Origin: an uncultured Candidatus Binatia bacterium
GTDB taxonomy: Bacteria; Desulfobacterota; Binatia; UBA9968; CAXXLF01
Direction of reading: 5' to 3'
Assembly: GCA_965218425.1 (NCBI GenBank)
Contig: OZ244621.1
Span: forward strand, 1,632,001 to 1,696,000
Length of the DNA: 64,000 nt
Part shown: positions 63,495-64,000 of the stretch, in pieces
Numbering within the stretch: position 1 is the stretch's first letter
Layout: the number at the start of each line of letters is the position of its first letter
Position numbers and translations under genes: made by a program
Notes under the pieces: model-generated
The model's input: only the letters and a program-made list of their open reading frames with translations
Told to the model about the DNA's origin: nothing
The model's database searches: none

Positions 63495-64000
63495 CTATCT
63501 CGACGAAAACGAATACACCTCAAAGCAATCGTAGAAGATCGCCGCAAACGCATATGCTTCGTCGACCTCATCGTATCGAAGGCGATACTTAAACACATCC
63601 GGATTCTCACCCCGGATTGGTTCCGGACCGAGAAAACTTTGAGACGCCTCAACAGTGTCTAGTGTCATCTGATGCGGAACAACCTGGTCGGCCGCAATCC
63701 CACTGAAGAAGTTCGGGGAGATTACAGCTATCGGAAAACTCCATTTGCTATGATAGACATCAAAAAAAACGCTCTTGCCAAATGATCAATACAAGCGTCA
63801 AAGCGTTCCCGATCGATCTGTAGCGCGCGCCTTTTTCCTTCGGCTACTGTTCCCTTGTCCCCAAAGAATGATCGGTGCGCATGCGGCGTTCTCGCCGCAG
63901 AGGGAAGCAGTTTTCGAGTGAACTGGTGCTTTCCCGTGTCACTGTTCGAGGCTGCCGTCATCAGAATTACTGAGCGGAAATACTCGTCGTCCTTTTGCTT
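63495..64000 (-). pseudogene. 3' part of a hypothetical (possibly HNH-like) gene, frameshifted at a T8 run; 5' end outside window
   Basis: KQKDDEYFRSV...HLARAFF, then the shifted frame stays open as DVYHSKW...GENPDVFKY...FYDCFEVYSFSSR*. Confidence 0.55.

Overview
Bacterial chromosomal window; the gene content suggests a Deltaproteobacteria/Binatia-like organism (inference only). 1-42.5 kb is mostly a moderate-GC backbone: Nudix, ubiG, lnt, msrPQ, fabI, a TTT transporter, bepA-like M48, ptsP, folE, pepA, trxA, mreBCD-mrdA-rodA and an Fe-type ABC pair. It also carries an IS630 and several accessory genes. One notable module there is a two-component system, a promoter with four 11-bp-phased repeats, an ECF-sigma/YHS chimera, a thioredoxin-fold protein with an in-frame TGA in a UxxC motif plus a SECIS-like hairpin (predicted selenoprotein), and msrPQ. 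42.5-64 kb is an accessory island. Unrelated cargo (M16 peptidase pseudogene, alpha/beta hydrolase, ankyrin protein, EEP nuclease, phage-like fragment, HEPN-like protein) alternates with at least 7 remnants or ends of REP-associated tyrosine transposase (RAYT) elements, one interrupted by an IS3. The island ends in a translationally coupled type I R-M operon that embeds a Septu/PtuAB-like ATPase-HNH pair, has an HsdR fused to a C-terminal LexA-like S24 autopeptidase, and lies next to a degenerate integron attC-like site. No rRNA, tRNA or CRISPR array was seen.
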